NCBI GenBank assembly: GCA_964585915.1
Contig: CAZPFU010000005.1
Coordinates: forward strand, 7,452 to 71,451
From: an uncultured Methanomassiliicoccus sp.
GTDB lineage: Archaea > Thermoplasmatota > Thermoplasmata > Methanomassiliicoccales > UBA472
DNA: 64,000 nt
Reading direction: 5' to 3'
A model generated the notes under the pieces. The model did not search any database and was not told the origin of the DNA. It saw only the letters and a program-made list of their open reading frames with translations. A program made the position numbers and the translations under genes. Shown here piece by piece: positions 38,065 to 47,060 of the stretch (its first letter is position 1; the number at the start of each line of letters is the position of its first letter).

Positions 38065-38085
38065 TATCAATTAATAACATTGATA
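38065..38085. promoter_or_regulatory. Inverted repeat TATCAAT-N7-ATTGATA between the TATA box and start of nikR
   Basis: Perfect 7-bp arms; the core TTAATAACATT is repeated at 37913-37923 in the divergent znuA-like promoter. Confidence 0.5.
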
Positions 38086-38090
38086 CGAAC

Positions 38091-38474
38091 ATGCCGATCA
38101 TCAGCGTCTCCCTGACCGATAAGAACGTGGAGGACCTAGAGTCACTGCAGAAGGACCTTGGTTTCGGCGGCCGCTCGGAGGCCATCCGTGCGGCGATGCG
38201 GGCCCTTGTAGCGGAGACGAGCGAGCGCCGTTCCATGGTGGGCCAGGTGGACGGCGTACTGATAATGGTCAACGATGCCTGCGCATCCGGGTCCATCCAC
38301 GACATCTATCATGACAACCACCTTCTGATCAAGACCCACGTGCACAACCACCTGGGCAACCACAAGTGCATGAACATGATGGTGCTCAGCGGAGATGCCG
38401 CGGACATCAACGAGCTCCTGGACCAGATGCACCGTCTGGAGGGGATCGCCTACTTGAAGTTCATACGCTCCTGA
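38091..38474 (+). CDS. nikR: NikR-like RHH-ACT metal-responsive regulator
   Basis: ISVSL...GRSEAIRAA RHH domain; H..HVHNH...C metal ligands in the ACT domain. Confidence 0.8.
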   Translation: MPIISVSLTDKNVEDLESLQKDLGFGGRSEAIRAAMRALVAETSERRSMVGQVDGVLIMVNDACASGSIHDIYHDNHLLIKTHVHNHLGNHKCMNMMVLSGDAADINELLDQMHRLEGIAYLKFIRS

Positions 38475-39831
38475 GCTTCTCCAAAGGGTAACCGTTGGCC
38501 ATCCATGCTACGACCCCGCCCAGCATTATCCTGACGTTCTTGATGCCGCTGTTGCGCAGCATGCTCGCCGCGATACCGCCGCGATATCCGGAGCCGCAGA
38601 AGAGGACCAGCTCCTTGTCCGCGGGAAGCTCCGAGGACCTCTCTATTATCTTTCCGAGATGCAGAAGCATCGCACCCGGTATGAGGCCGGAATCGAGCTC
38701 CCGTCGGTCCCGCAGGTCGACCAGCAGCATCTCGTCCCCGGCTAGCTGCCTCCGGCGGATCTCATGAACCGTGGACGCCCCGATGGCGGAGGTGGCGTGC
38801 CCGCCCTTGATCCAGGATTCCATGCCATGGCCCAGATGGCCGGCGATCTCCTCGTACCCGATGCGGATCAGATATCGGACGGCGATGTCCACCTCCTGCT
38901 GCCTTTCCGCCACGATGATCAGTGGCCGCCCGTAGGGGATAGCGTACCCGCCGTATACCGGGAGGCCGTTCAACCAGACATTGAGCGAGCGGGGTATGTG
39001 CGCCGCGGCGAAGTTGTGCGGCTCCCGCACGTCCAGGACCAAAGCCCCGTTCTCCTGGGCCTTGATGATCTTTTTAGGGGAGAGCGGGGGCGGCTGGGGC
39101 AGCGTGCCCATTATTATCGGGCCGTTGAGGTTCAGGGCCTCCATCCTGGTGAAGTAGGGAGGCCTCTCCATGCCCTCACCCATCTTGGCCATCATGAAGT
39201 CCAGTTTCTTCAGCGATAGCGCGTGATTGTCCCTGAGCTCCAGCCCGATGGTGGTCATCTCCCTGTCGGAGATGGCGTGCCCGCAGGCCGAGCCGGCCCC
39301 GTGCGCGGGAAGCACCATGATCTCAGGGCCCAGGGGAACGATCCGTTTATGCAGCGATTCGAAAAGCTTTTCCGACAGGTCCCGGGTGCTCTCCGGCCCG
39401 GTCAGGTCCGTCCGGCCGACGTCGCCCGAGAAGAGCGTATCCCCGGAGAAGAGGAGGAACGGGCCCCTTTCGTCAGACACCAGGAAGCAATGGCTCTCGT
39501 AGGTGTGACCCGGGGTGTGGACCGCCCTGAAGGTCAGGTCGCCCAATTGGAACTCCTGCCCGTCCACAAGCGGGTTACCGTAACCGAACTCCAGCTGGTC
39601 GCCGTGGTATATGGCCGCGCCGGTGGCATTGGCCAGCTCTAGCGCCCCGGAGACGTAGTCCTCGTTGCGGTGCGTCTCCAGCACCAGCACCACCCTGGCG
39701 TCCCTTTCCTTAGCCAGTGATAGATAATCGTCAACGTCCCGGCGCGGGTCGATCACTGCCGCCTCTCCGCCTGACTCCAGAAAGTAGGAGATATGCGCCA
39801 GACCCTCCGACCTTACCTTCTTCAAGAACAT
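38461..39831 (-). CDS. MBL-fold hydrolase with two rhodanese domains (persulfide dioxygenase/sulfurtransferase type)
   Basis: ETHRNED, HTPGHT, GDTLF, PAHGAGSACG, LDVR, FCGSGYRG. Confidence 0.88.
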   Translation of the reverse strand: MFLKKVRSEGLAHISYFLESGGEAAVIDPRRDVDDYLSLAKERDARVVLVLETHRNEDYVSGALELANATGAAIYHGDQLEFGYGNPLVDGQEFQLGDLTFRAVHTPGHTYESHCFLVSDERGPFLLFSGDTLFSGDVGRTDLTGPESTRDLSEKLFESLHKRIVPLGPEIMVLPAHGAGSACGHAISDREMTTIGLELRDNHALSLKKLDFMMAKMGEGMERPPYFTRMEALNLNGPIIMGTLPQPPPLSPKKIIKAQENGALVLDVREPHNFAAAHIPRSLNVWLNGLPVYGGYAIPYGRPLIIVAERQQEVDIAVRYLIRIGYEEIAGHLGHGMESWIKGGHATSAIGASTVHEIRRRQLAGDEMLLVDLRDRRELDSGLIPGAMLLHLGKIIERSSELPADKELVLFCGSGYRGGIAASMLRNSGIKNVRIMLGGVVAWMANGYPLEKLRSV

Positions 39832-39872
39832 AACATGACGGAATTGGCGGGATGGGGTAAAAACCCATCACC

Positions 39873-40226
39873 TCAGCCCTTCCGTTCAAATCCGTCCTTC
39901 ATCAATGCCTTGACCGCCTCCTCCTGACGGTCCAAGGGAACCAGGATGTGATCGTATCGGTATGTGGATATGACGAACACCGGTATGCCGGCCCCGGCCA
40001 GGGCCGCCGAGGCCTGGGCCAGTATCCCGACCAGCGAGAGTTCGAACGGACCCATGGTCAGACACGCGTAAGGACCGTTGGCCTTCGGACCGGTGTCCGG
40101 GGAGATCACCGTCATCTCGTCCCCTTCGTCCACGGTGGCGAAGCGTTCCCCTTTGAACGCCTCGTTACGCGCCAGGTGGTGAACGTAGAGAGGCGGTCGG
40201 TCCAACCAGAATTTCGCCATGAACAT
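39873..40226 (-). CDS. ACT domain protein
   Basis: GPFELSLVGILA...LAGAGIPVFVISTYRYDHILV. Confidence 0.8.
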   Translation of the reverse strand: MFMAKFWLDRPPLYVHHLARNEAFKGERFATVDEGDEMTVISPDTGPKANGPYACLTMGPFELSLVGILAQASAALAGAGIPVFVISTYRYDHILVPLDRQEEAVKALMKDGFERKG

Positions 40227-40543
40227 CTATCGGAGTTCGCTCTGATAAGGGTGTGTGTCGAGACGCCTCGTCGGCCTACGCCGGCGGTGCATGGGGCTGT
40301 CGGCCCGGGCCGACCGGGATGGACAAGGACGCGGGGCGGCGACCGTGGTGCAGATGGACCTTGGACATGAAGAGATGGACCCGGGGGCGTTCATGAGCGT
40401 TCCGATGGAGAGAGAGTATTTACCCCATTCACCGGGATGACCGAAAGTGCCCGGCGAGGGTGACACTGGTTCTAATATGTACGAACGGCATTGGGTCGAC
40501 GTCACACCAGGAAGTCGGGCCTGGGGAGGATGAGCGCGGACCG

Positions 40544-41758
40544 ATGGAAAAAGGGGCGGGGATGAATGGCGAGGCCGGACCGGTGGAGCGGTTCCTGGAC
40601 CGGACGCTGCGGGGCGACCTCAAGCGCAAGCTCCTGGCCATCGTCATCTTCGGCCTGCTGATCTATGCGACCGTCATCGCCGTGGACGGGCTTCTGCTTA
40701 GGCCGCTGTTCGGCGACGTGCTCAGCGACCCCACCGACCTCAATTTCTATCGAGCGAGAGCGGAGAACATTCTGGACGGTAAGATACCGTACGTGGACTT
40801 CTACTCGGAGTCGCCGCCGCTGATCATGTACCTGTTCCTGATACCCCAGCTGGCCGGCGGGTCCACGCAGGCCTACCAGCTGTACTTCGCCGCCTTCGCA
40901 ATCATGACCTCGTTAGCTTTCTTCCTTCTCCTGCGGAAGATCGACGAACGCAAGGCCATGGCCGCCTCTCTGTTGTACCTGGTGTATCCGTTGGGATGGA
41001 TGGAGTTCGGCTTCGGGGTGCAGGACGAGGCCATCACCATCTTCCTTTTCGTGCTGCCATTATTGCTTCTTCTTCATGGAAAGGCTGCCGCCTCCGGGGC
41101 GGCGTCCTTCATCGGCGTGCTCACCAAGATGTTCAACGTGGTCGTGCTGCCCTGGACCTTCCTTCACTGCGATGACCGGGGACGGGCCAGGATGGTACTG
41201 GCGTTCGCTCTGCTGGCCCTCCTATTCATCGTCCCGTTCATGATCCTGTTCCCGGGCGAGCTGCCTTCCTTCGCCTACTACTTCCTGAGCGACCCGGATT
41301 CACCTACCGGTGGGTCGTCCATAAGCCCCTGGCATTTCATTGGCGAGCTGGGGTTCGGCCTTCCAGGCTGGGCGGGAGTAGCGCTGACCTTGATAGGATT
41401 GGCCGCCTCTTCGCTCTTCGCCTACTGGAAGAAGATGTCCCTTTGGCAGGGCGCGGCGCTGGTGACCATGGCCTTCTTCCTGACCTACCCGAAGATCCTG
41501 CTGGTCTACTTCATGATGCCTGCCGTGCTGCTGCTGATGTGGGGCGTGGAGGACCGCAAGGTGGTTCTCAAGTTGACCGCGATGCTGGTCCCCCTGTTCC
41601 TTTCCGTGGCCGTCACCGGGAACGGCAAGAACCCGCTAATGGACGAGCCTTGGGTCTGGCTCTTGGGCATAGTGCTCAGCCTGATCGGCTGGGCGCTTTT
41701 CGTGCACGCCTGGTGGAAGATCAAGGACCAGAGACCGTTCTTCGAGCGTGATGAATGA
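40544..41758 (+). CDS. GT87/DUF2029-like membrane glycosyltransferase
   Basis: PTDLNFY...G.IPYVDFYSESPP, multiple TM helices; start 40544 or 40562. Confidence 0.7.
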   Translation: MEKGAGMNGEAGPVERFLDRTLRGDLKRKLLAIVIFGLLIYATVIAVDGLLLRPLFGDVLSDPTDLNFYRARAENILDGKIPYVDFYSESPPLIMYLFLIPQLAGGSTQAYQLYFAAFAIMTSLAFFLLLRKIDERKAMAASLLYLVYPLGWMEFGFGVQDEAITIFLFVLPLLLLLHGKAAASGAASFIGVLTKMFNVVVLPWTFLHCDDRGRARMVLAFALLALLFIVPFMILFPGELPSFAYYFLSDPDSPTGGSSISPWHFIGELGFGLPGWAGVALTLIGLAASSLFAYWKKMSLWQGAALVTMAFFLTYPKILLVYFMMPAVLLLMWGVEDRKVVLKLTAMLVPLFLSVAVTGNGKNPLMDEPWVWLLGIVLSLIGWALFVHAWWKIKDQRPFFERDE

Positions 41759-41764
41759 TCCCGA

Positions 41765-42127
41765 TCACTTGCTGGTGACCTGCACCCCGACGATCCCGAC
41801 CACGATCAGCAGCACGAAGAACAGGCGCAGAAGGTCGGAGGGTTCGTTGAACAGCAGGATGCCGACTATCAGCGCGCCTATCGCACCGATCCCGACCCAG
41901 ACCGCGTAAGCCGTGCCCATCGGAATGTTCATCTTCAGCGACTTGCCGAGAAGGTACATGCTGAAGAACAGGGCGATGAAGGTGGCGGCCGCCCAAACGA
42001 TATCCGTGAAACCTTCCGAAAGCTTCATGGCGGTGACCCAGACCGGCTCCAGGAGACCGGCCATGACCAGCAGGGTCCAGGCGGAGTCCTTGGTTCCATC
42101 TCCCGTGATCGGAACGTCCTCGGTCAT
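41765..42127 (-). CDS. SMR family (Gdx/SugE-like) transporter subunit
   Basis: AW.LL..AGLLEPVW, SEGF, GTAYAVWVGIG. Confidence 0.9.
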   Translation of the reverse strand: MTEDVPITGDGTKDSAWTLLVMAGLLEPVWVTAMKLSEGFTDIVWAAATFIALFFSMYLLGKSLKMNIPMGTAYAVWVGIGAIGALIVGILLFNEPSDLLRLFFVLLIVVGIVGVQVTSK

Positions 42128-42128
42128 C

Positions 42129-42461
42129 TCACACCCCCGCCGTCATCTGCACGCCGGCGATCCCAATCACGATCAGCAGGATGAAGCACATCCTTACAAC
42201 TTCCGCCTTCTCTTTGAAGAGGGCTATCCCGGCCACCAGGGCGCCCACGGCGCCTATGCCGGTCCAGACCGCGTAAGCGGTCCCCATCGGCAGGTCCATG
42301 TCGATGGCCAGGGCCAAAAAGTACATGCTGGCGAAGATGAAGGCCATGGTGAAGGCGCTCCAGCCTATACGCTTGAAGCCTTCGGACCTCTTGAGCCCGA
42401 TGACCCAGCATGGTTCCATGAGCCCAGCTATCACCAGGAACATCCAGGCCAGTGAGATCAT
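42129..42461 (-). CDS. SMR family (Gdx/SugE-like) transporter subunit
   Basis: AWMFLVIAGLMEPCW, SEGF, GTAYAVWTGIG. Confidence 0.9.
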   Translation of the reverse strand: MISLAWMFLVIAGLMEPCWVIGLKRSEGFKRIGWSAFTMAFIFASMYFLALAIDMDLPMGTAYAVWTGIGAVGALVAGIALFKEKAEVVRMCFILLIVIGIAGVQMTAGV

Positions 42462-42550
42462 GTGTCCGGGGAGGAACAACTTCCTATTTGCAGGTATCCT
42501 AGATGCTCCCAAGACCGCTTCCGACGCCCCGGCAGGTGAAGTTCTAATAC

Positions 42551-43375
42551 ATGACGCTGCAAGGACGCCCTGTGAGCGACGCGGCCGCTAGGGTTCCGAT
42601 AATCGACGCTTCCTCCCTTAGCAAAAGGTACGGGCGCCGGGGCGAGGTCCGGGCGGTGGACAATATTTCTCTGACGGTATACCCAGGAGAGACCTTCGGC
42701 CTCCTGGGACCGAACGGTTCGGGAAAGACCACCACCATCCGCATGCTGAACGGGATAATCAGGCCCACCTCCGGCCGGGCATTGGTGAACGGATATGACA
42801 TCGCGACGCGGATGGACGACGTGAAGCGGTCCACCGGTCTGCTGGCCGAATCGCCTGGTCTTTATGAGAAGCTCAGCCCGAGGGAGTACCTGGAGTTCGT
42901 TGGTTCGCTCTACGACGTAGATCGGACGCTGCTGAAGGACCGGGCGGACCGGTTGCTGGAGCTTTTCGACCTGAGACAGAGAGGCGATGACCTGCTGGAG
43001 GGGTTCAGCCGGGGCATGAAGCAGAAGGTGCTCATCGCCGCGGCGCTGATACACGACCCGCCGATAATCTTCCTGGACGAGCCCACCTCCGCCCTGGACC
43101 CCTTGGCCTCACTGGTCGTCCGGGACCTCATCAAGGACCTGGCGGAGAAGGCCGGCAAGACCGTGTTCGTCAGCAGCCACATCCTGCCGCTGATGGAGGA
43201 GGTGTGCGACCGCATAGCCATCATCGACCGCGGGAAGGTGACCGCGGTGGGCACCGTGGCCGAGATAATCGAAAAGGCGGGCGCCTCGACCCTGGAGGGC
43301 GCCTTCATCAGACTGACCGGGGTCGCCGGGCGCCCGGACGCCCTGTCCTGGAGGAAAGCGGTTGCCAAGGCCTAA
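42551..43375 (+). CDS. ABC exporter ATP-binding subunit
   Basis: GPNGSGKTT, FSRGMKQK, LDEPTS, SSH. Confidence 0.92.
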   Translation: MTLQGRPVSDAAARVPIIDASSLSKRYGRRGEVRAVDNISLTVYPGETFGLLGPNGSGKTTTIRMLNGIIRPTSGRALVNGYDIATRMDDVKRSTGLLAESPGLYEKLSPREYLEFVGSLYDVDRTLLKDRADRLLELFDLRQRGDDLLEGFSRGMKQKVLIAAALIHDPPIIFLDEPTSALDPLASLVVRDLIKDLAEKAGKTVFVSSHILPLMEEVCDRIAIIDRGKVTAVGTVAEIIEKAGASTLEGAFIRLTGVAGRPDALSWRKAVAKA

Positions 43376-44924
43376 ATGGTTGCTCATCGCCAGGAACGAG
43401 TATCTGCTGAAGACCAGCGGGATCAGGAGATGGCGCAGGCTCTTCCCTTTTCTCATGGTGGCGCTGCTCGCCTGGTACGTGATTTACGCCGCCCCGGCGG
43501 TGTTCTCTTTGGCCTCCGACCTCACTAAGGACCTGCTGCTCTCCGAGGCGGCGCTGTCCTTCATGCAGGTGATGCTGTTCATCATCTTCATCAGCGTGTT
43601 CACCGTCCCGATAATCCAGACCCTGCAGGACACCAACCTGGCGCCGTTGGAGACCCTGCTCTCCGCGCCGGTGCGTCCTGCGGACGTGCTGCTGGGCAAG
43701 TTCCTGGGCATGCTGCCCACCTATTCCATCCTGATCACCGTCCTGGCCGGGACGTTCCTGGCGCTGTTCATCCCTTTCGGGATGACCCTGGACCAGGTGC
43801 TGCTGTCGATCGTGGTCTTCGTCATGGTGGTCCTTATCGCGCTTTGGCTGGGGCTGCTCGCCGCGGCCATGCTGAAGGCTAGGCTTAACAGGAGCCAGAG
43901 GGGAAGGGAGGCCGGTCAGGCTTTGGCGCTGATGATCGCCCTCCCCCTGGTGGGTCTGATGTACCTCTCCATGAACGGAGAGATGATGGACGCCCTGCAG
44001 GGGAAGGGCGCCTCGCTCTCGGACGCCTTCTGGCTTCTCCCCAGCTCCTGGGGGGCGGACCTGGTGCTGCGCTTCCTGCGGCACCCGGGGGACCTGGGCT
44101 TCGAGATGGGAAGCACCCTGCTGGGGATGGCCGGCCTGGCTGGCACGCTGATGATCTCCCTGGCGGTGGGCGCCCGGTTGTCCGGACGCGCCTACGACCT
44201 GGAGCCGGTGTCCTTCGCCACCCCGCGGGCCGCGCCGGAAGGTCATTTGTACAAATACGCCCGCACGCTGGCTGGGAACAGGCATCTGGCGACCGTGCTG
44301 GTCACGGTGATGAAGGACTACGGACGTCGTTTGGAGAACCTGTCGCGGGTGGTCTACATCCTGGGCCTGGTGGTCATGATGGAGGTCTTCATGCTCGGTT
44401 CCCTCCCGCCGGGCAACTATGTCACCCTGGCATTGTTGACCGCCTCCTGGCTGATGGCCTTCCTCTGCGTCTTCGTGGTCGGCGAGGTCACCGCCCGGGG
44501 AAAGGACAATCTGTTCATCTACCGGAAGGCGCCGAGGGGAGAGACCAGACTGGTGCTCGCCAGGATCCTGCAGGGCCTGCTGGTGGTGCAGCCAGTAGCG
44601 GCCATATCGGCCTTGGTGGTGCTCCTGCCGGCCGGATTGGAAATCATCGACATCCTGCTGCTGACCGGATTGATGGTAGCGGTGTCCTCCTTCTACGTGG
44701 TCATGTCCATCGGGCTGTTCCTGCTCTTCCCGGCCTTCAGCGAGAAGCCGATGGAGGTGCTCGGCAACGCCGTATTGATGATGGCCCTGTCGTTCGTTCT
44801 CTTCATCTTCAGCTTCGCCTTCTTTGGGGAGAACGGGGGGCTGTACGCCCTGCTGATATCGAGCGCGGTCCTGGGCACGTCCTTCCTGCTGGCCGGATGG
44901 AGGAAGCTCACCCTCCTGGAATGA
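43362..44924 (+). CDS. ABC-2 type exporter permease (two fused halves)
   Basis: About 12 TM helices, LETLLSAPV motif, overlaps the ATPase stop. Confidence 0.8.
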   Translation: MPRPKWLLIARNEYLLKTSGIRRWRRLFPFLMVALLAWYVIYAAPAVFSLASDLTKDLLLSEAALSFMQVMLFIIFISVFTVPIIQTLQDTNLAPLETLLSAPVRPADVLLGKFLGMLPTYSILITVLAGTFLALFIPFGMTLDQVLLSIVVFVMVVLIALWLGLLAAAMLKARLNRSQRGREAGQALALMIALPLVGLMYLSMNGEMMDALQGKGASLSDAFWLLPSSWGADLVLRFLRHPGDLGFEMGSTLLGMAGLAGTLMISLAVGARLSGRAYDLEPVSFATPRAAPEGHLYKYARTLAGNRHLATVLVTVMKDYGRRLENLSRVVYILGLVVMMEVFMLGSLPPGNYVTLALLTASWLMAFLCVFVVGEVTARGKDNLFIYRKAPRGETRLVLARILQGLLVVQPVAAISALVVLLPAGLEIIDILLLTGLMVAVSSFYVVMSIGLFLLFPAFSEKPMEVLGNAVLMMALSFVLFIFSFAFFGENGGLYALLISSAVLGTSFLLAGWRKLTLLE

Positions 44925-44972
44925 TCCGGGGTGATTCGGCAGGATTATCCCATCACAACGACATGACGGGGC

Positions 44973-45710
44973 ATGCCGAGGCCGGCCGTCACGTCCGAGC
45001 GCCAATTGAGACGACAGGTCTCCTGGCTGGGACAGTACTGGGAATGGACCATGCGAACCCTGGTCAGGGAACGACCGGGAATGACCGCCCTGGAGGTCGG
45101 CTGCGGTCCCGGGCTGGTGATGGAGCTGTTCTCCCCGATGCTCGAGGTGACCGGGCTGGACATCGACCAGGGGATGGTCCGGCGGGTCCGAGAAAAGGGG
45201 ATGGAAGCGGTGCTTGGGGACGCGCAGGACCTACCCTTCGGAGATGAAAGCTTCGACTTCGTCTACTGCTCCTTCACCATGATGTGGCTACCGGACCAGC
45301 AAAGGGCCATGACGGAGATGGCCAGGGTGGCCCGACAATGCGTGCTGTGTCTGGCTGAACCGGACTACGGCAGGAGATCGTGCTCACCTCCGGAAGTGGC
45401 ACGGTTGGACAAAGCGCTGATCCGATCGCTGCGGGCGGAGGGGGCCGACCCGTACACCGGAAGGAAACTGAAGCGCCTGATGATGAGGGCCGGCCTGGAA
45501 GTGGACTTTGGGGCGCACGGCGGAAAATGGACCGGCGCTCAGCTCAAGGAAGAGGCGGAGGCGGAATGGAATGCGCTGTCCCAGTCCGTGGAGAGGTTCG
45601 TGGACCCTGAGACCCTGGAAAGGGCGAGGTTCGCCTGGGACGAGGCCCTGGCAGATGATACCCTGGTGCTCATCAACCCCATGTTCCACGCGATTGGCTG
45701 GAAGCGCTGA
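44973..45710 (+). CDS. Class I SAM-dependent methyltransferase
   Basis: LEVGCGPG, GLDID, GDAQDLPF..ESFD. Confidence 0.88.
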   Translation: MPRPAVTSERQLRRQVSWLGQYWEWTMRTLVRERPGMTALEVGCGPGLVMELFSPMLEVTGLDIDQGMVRRVREKGMEAVLGDAQDLPFGDESFDFVYCSFTMMWLPDQQRAMTEMARVARQCVLCLAEPDYGRRSCSPPEVARLDKALIRSLRAEGADPYTGRKLKRLMMRAGLEVDFGAHGGKWTGAQLKEEAEAEWNALSQSVERFVDPETLERARFAWDEALADDTLVLINPMFHAIGWKR

Positions 45711-47060
45711 TCACATGTTCGAGTGCCTGTCGAGGCATATGTAATCGCCGTGCTCTCTGGACAGCGGGCAGCCGCCCCCGCAGACCTCCTTCATGCCGCA
45801 GTCGACGCAATCCCCGTCCAGGTACTCCCGGTTGCGGATGCGCTTGCAGAGGTCGTGTTCCCATATGGCCTTCCAGTCATCGGTCAGGATGTTTCCTAAC
45901 GGTTCGTAATAGCTCTGGCACGGGAGGACCGTCCCGTCCGGTTCGATGGCCATGTTCAGGGCGCAGGCGGTGCACTGTTTGATCCCCAGCCCGTGGTTGA
46001 TGGGATTGAGCTCGTGGTAAGGCGTAGGGGTGTACCAGATTAGTTTGACGTTCTTCTCGACGGCTATGGCCTTCAGCGAATCCAACGCCTTGGCCAGCTC
46101 TTCATAGGAGATGCCTTCGGCGTTGACCCCCTTCCCGGACCGTATCAGCCCGTTGAAGGCGATGTTCTTTACTCCCAAGGAAATAAGGAAGCGCATGGTC
46201 CCCTCCACCCCGTTCAGATTGGAGCGCATGATGGTGGTGTTCGTCGAAACGTAAAGGTCCTCCGCCAGCGCGACCTTGAGCCCTTCGACCGTCTCCTTCC
46301 ATGCGCCCTCACTGCCGACCAGGCGGTCGTGGGCCTCCGCCTCGGACGAAAGCACGGTTATCTGCACATGGTCCAGGCCCCTGACGACCAGGTCGTGAAG
46401 GTATCCCGGCTTGGCGAGATTGCGGCCGTTGCTCACCAGCCCGGTCACCTGCCCGTACTTCTCGGACCAGGAGACCAGATCCGGCAAGGCCTGGCATTCC
46501 GTCGGTTCGCCGCCGGTGAAGACGATGTGCGGTATGCCGAGCTGCCACGTTTTCGTTATCACCTGCTTCCATTGTTCAGCAGTAAGTTCCTTCAGCTCGC
46601 GCGGCTCGTTATAGCAGTGTCCGCAGCGGTTCTGGCAACGATATGTGAGCGCCAGGTCCATGCGGTACGGCGCCGGGAAGTCGTCCTTGCCTATCGACGG
46701 CTTGTCGGGACCGATCATGCCCAGTACCTGGTTGTCCCCTTTCAGGAACTCGACGAGCTGCCCCTTGACCAGGACATGACGCTCTATGGCCTTGTCCTTC
46801 TTCAAATGCTTGTAGCGGCGGCGCAGGTACTTGGCGACCTGCTTATCGTCGCGGTCCTCCAGGACGCAGCGGACGTGGTCCAGGGCGGTGCCGTTCAGGA
46901 AGATTATGCTTGAGGCGTCAACGAGAAGCGCGCCCTTGCTCTCCGAGTCGATGCGCAGATGGAAGCGGTGGCCCTTCAGGTCGCCGAGGCCATCGTACTT
47001 GTGGACGCCGGCGCGGAGCCCTTTTCCGTTAAGCTCCCGCCACCAGTTCCTGAGGGTCAT
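45711..47060 (-). CDS. Radical SAM/SPASM enzyme with a PqqD/RRE-like N-terminal domain
   Basis: CQNRCGHC (CxxxCxxC), FTGGEP, SPASM CTAC...C...CVDC.....CGGGC; ATG overlaps the upstream stop. Confidence 0.9.
   Translation of the reverse strand: MTLRNWWRELNGKGLRAGVHKYDGLGDLKGHRFHLRIDSESKGALLVDASSIIFLNGTALDHVRCVLEDRDDKQVAKYLRRRYKHLKKDKAIERHVLVKGQLVEFLKGDNQVLGMIGPDKPSIGKDDFPAPYRMDLALTYRCQNRCGHCYNEPRELKELTAEQWKQVITKTWQLGIPHIVFTGGEPTECQALPDLVSWSEKYGQVTGLVSNGRNLAKPGYLHDLVVRGLDHVQITVLSSEAEAHDRLVGSEGAWKETVEGLKVALAEDLYVSTNTTIMRSNLNGVEGTMRFLISLGVKNIAFNGLIRSGKGVNAEGISYEELAKALDSLKAIAVEKNVKLIWYTPTPYHELNPINHGLGIKQCTACALNMAIEPDGTVLPCQSYYEPLGNILTDDWKAIWEHDLCKRIRNREYLDGDCVDCGMKEVCGGGCPLSREHGDYICLDRHSNM

Noticed and set aside
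40507-40526. CCCAGGCCCG on the minus strand resembling SRP RNA helix 8
   Set aside because: The following GGAA tetraloop and AGCA motif are absent and no Alu domain is seen
42588-42598. CTAGGGTTCCG, the hallmark 5' motif of guanidine-I (ykkC) riboswitches, close to the SMR genes
   Set aside because: It is on the opposite strand from the SMR genes, lies inside the ABC ATPase coding sequence (ARVP), and the required 3' motif ending AAAAGCCCGGGAG is missing
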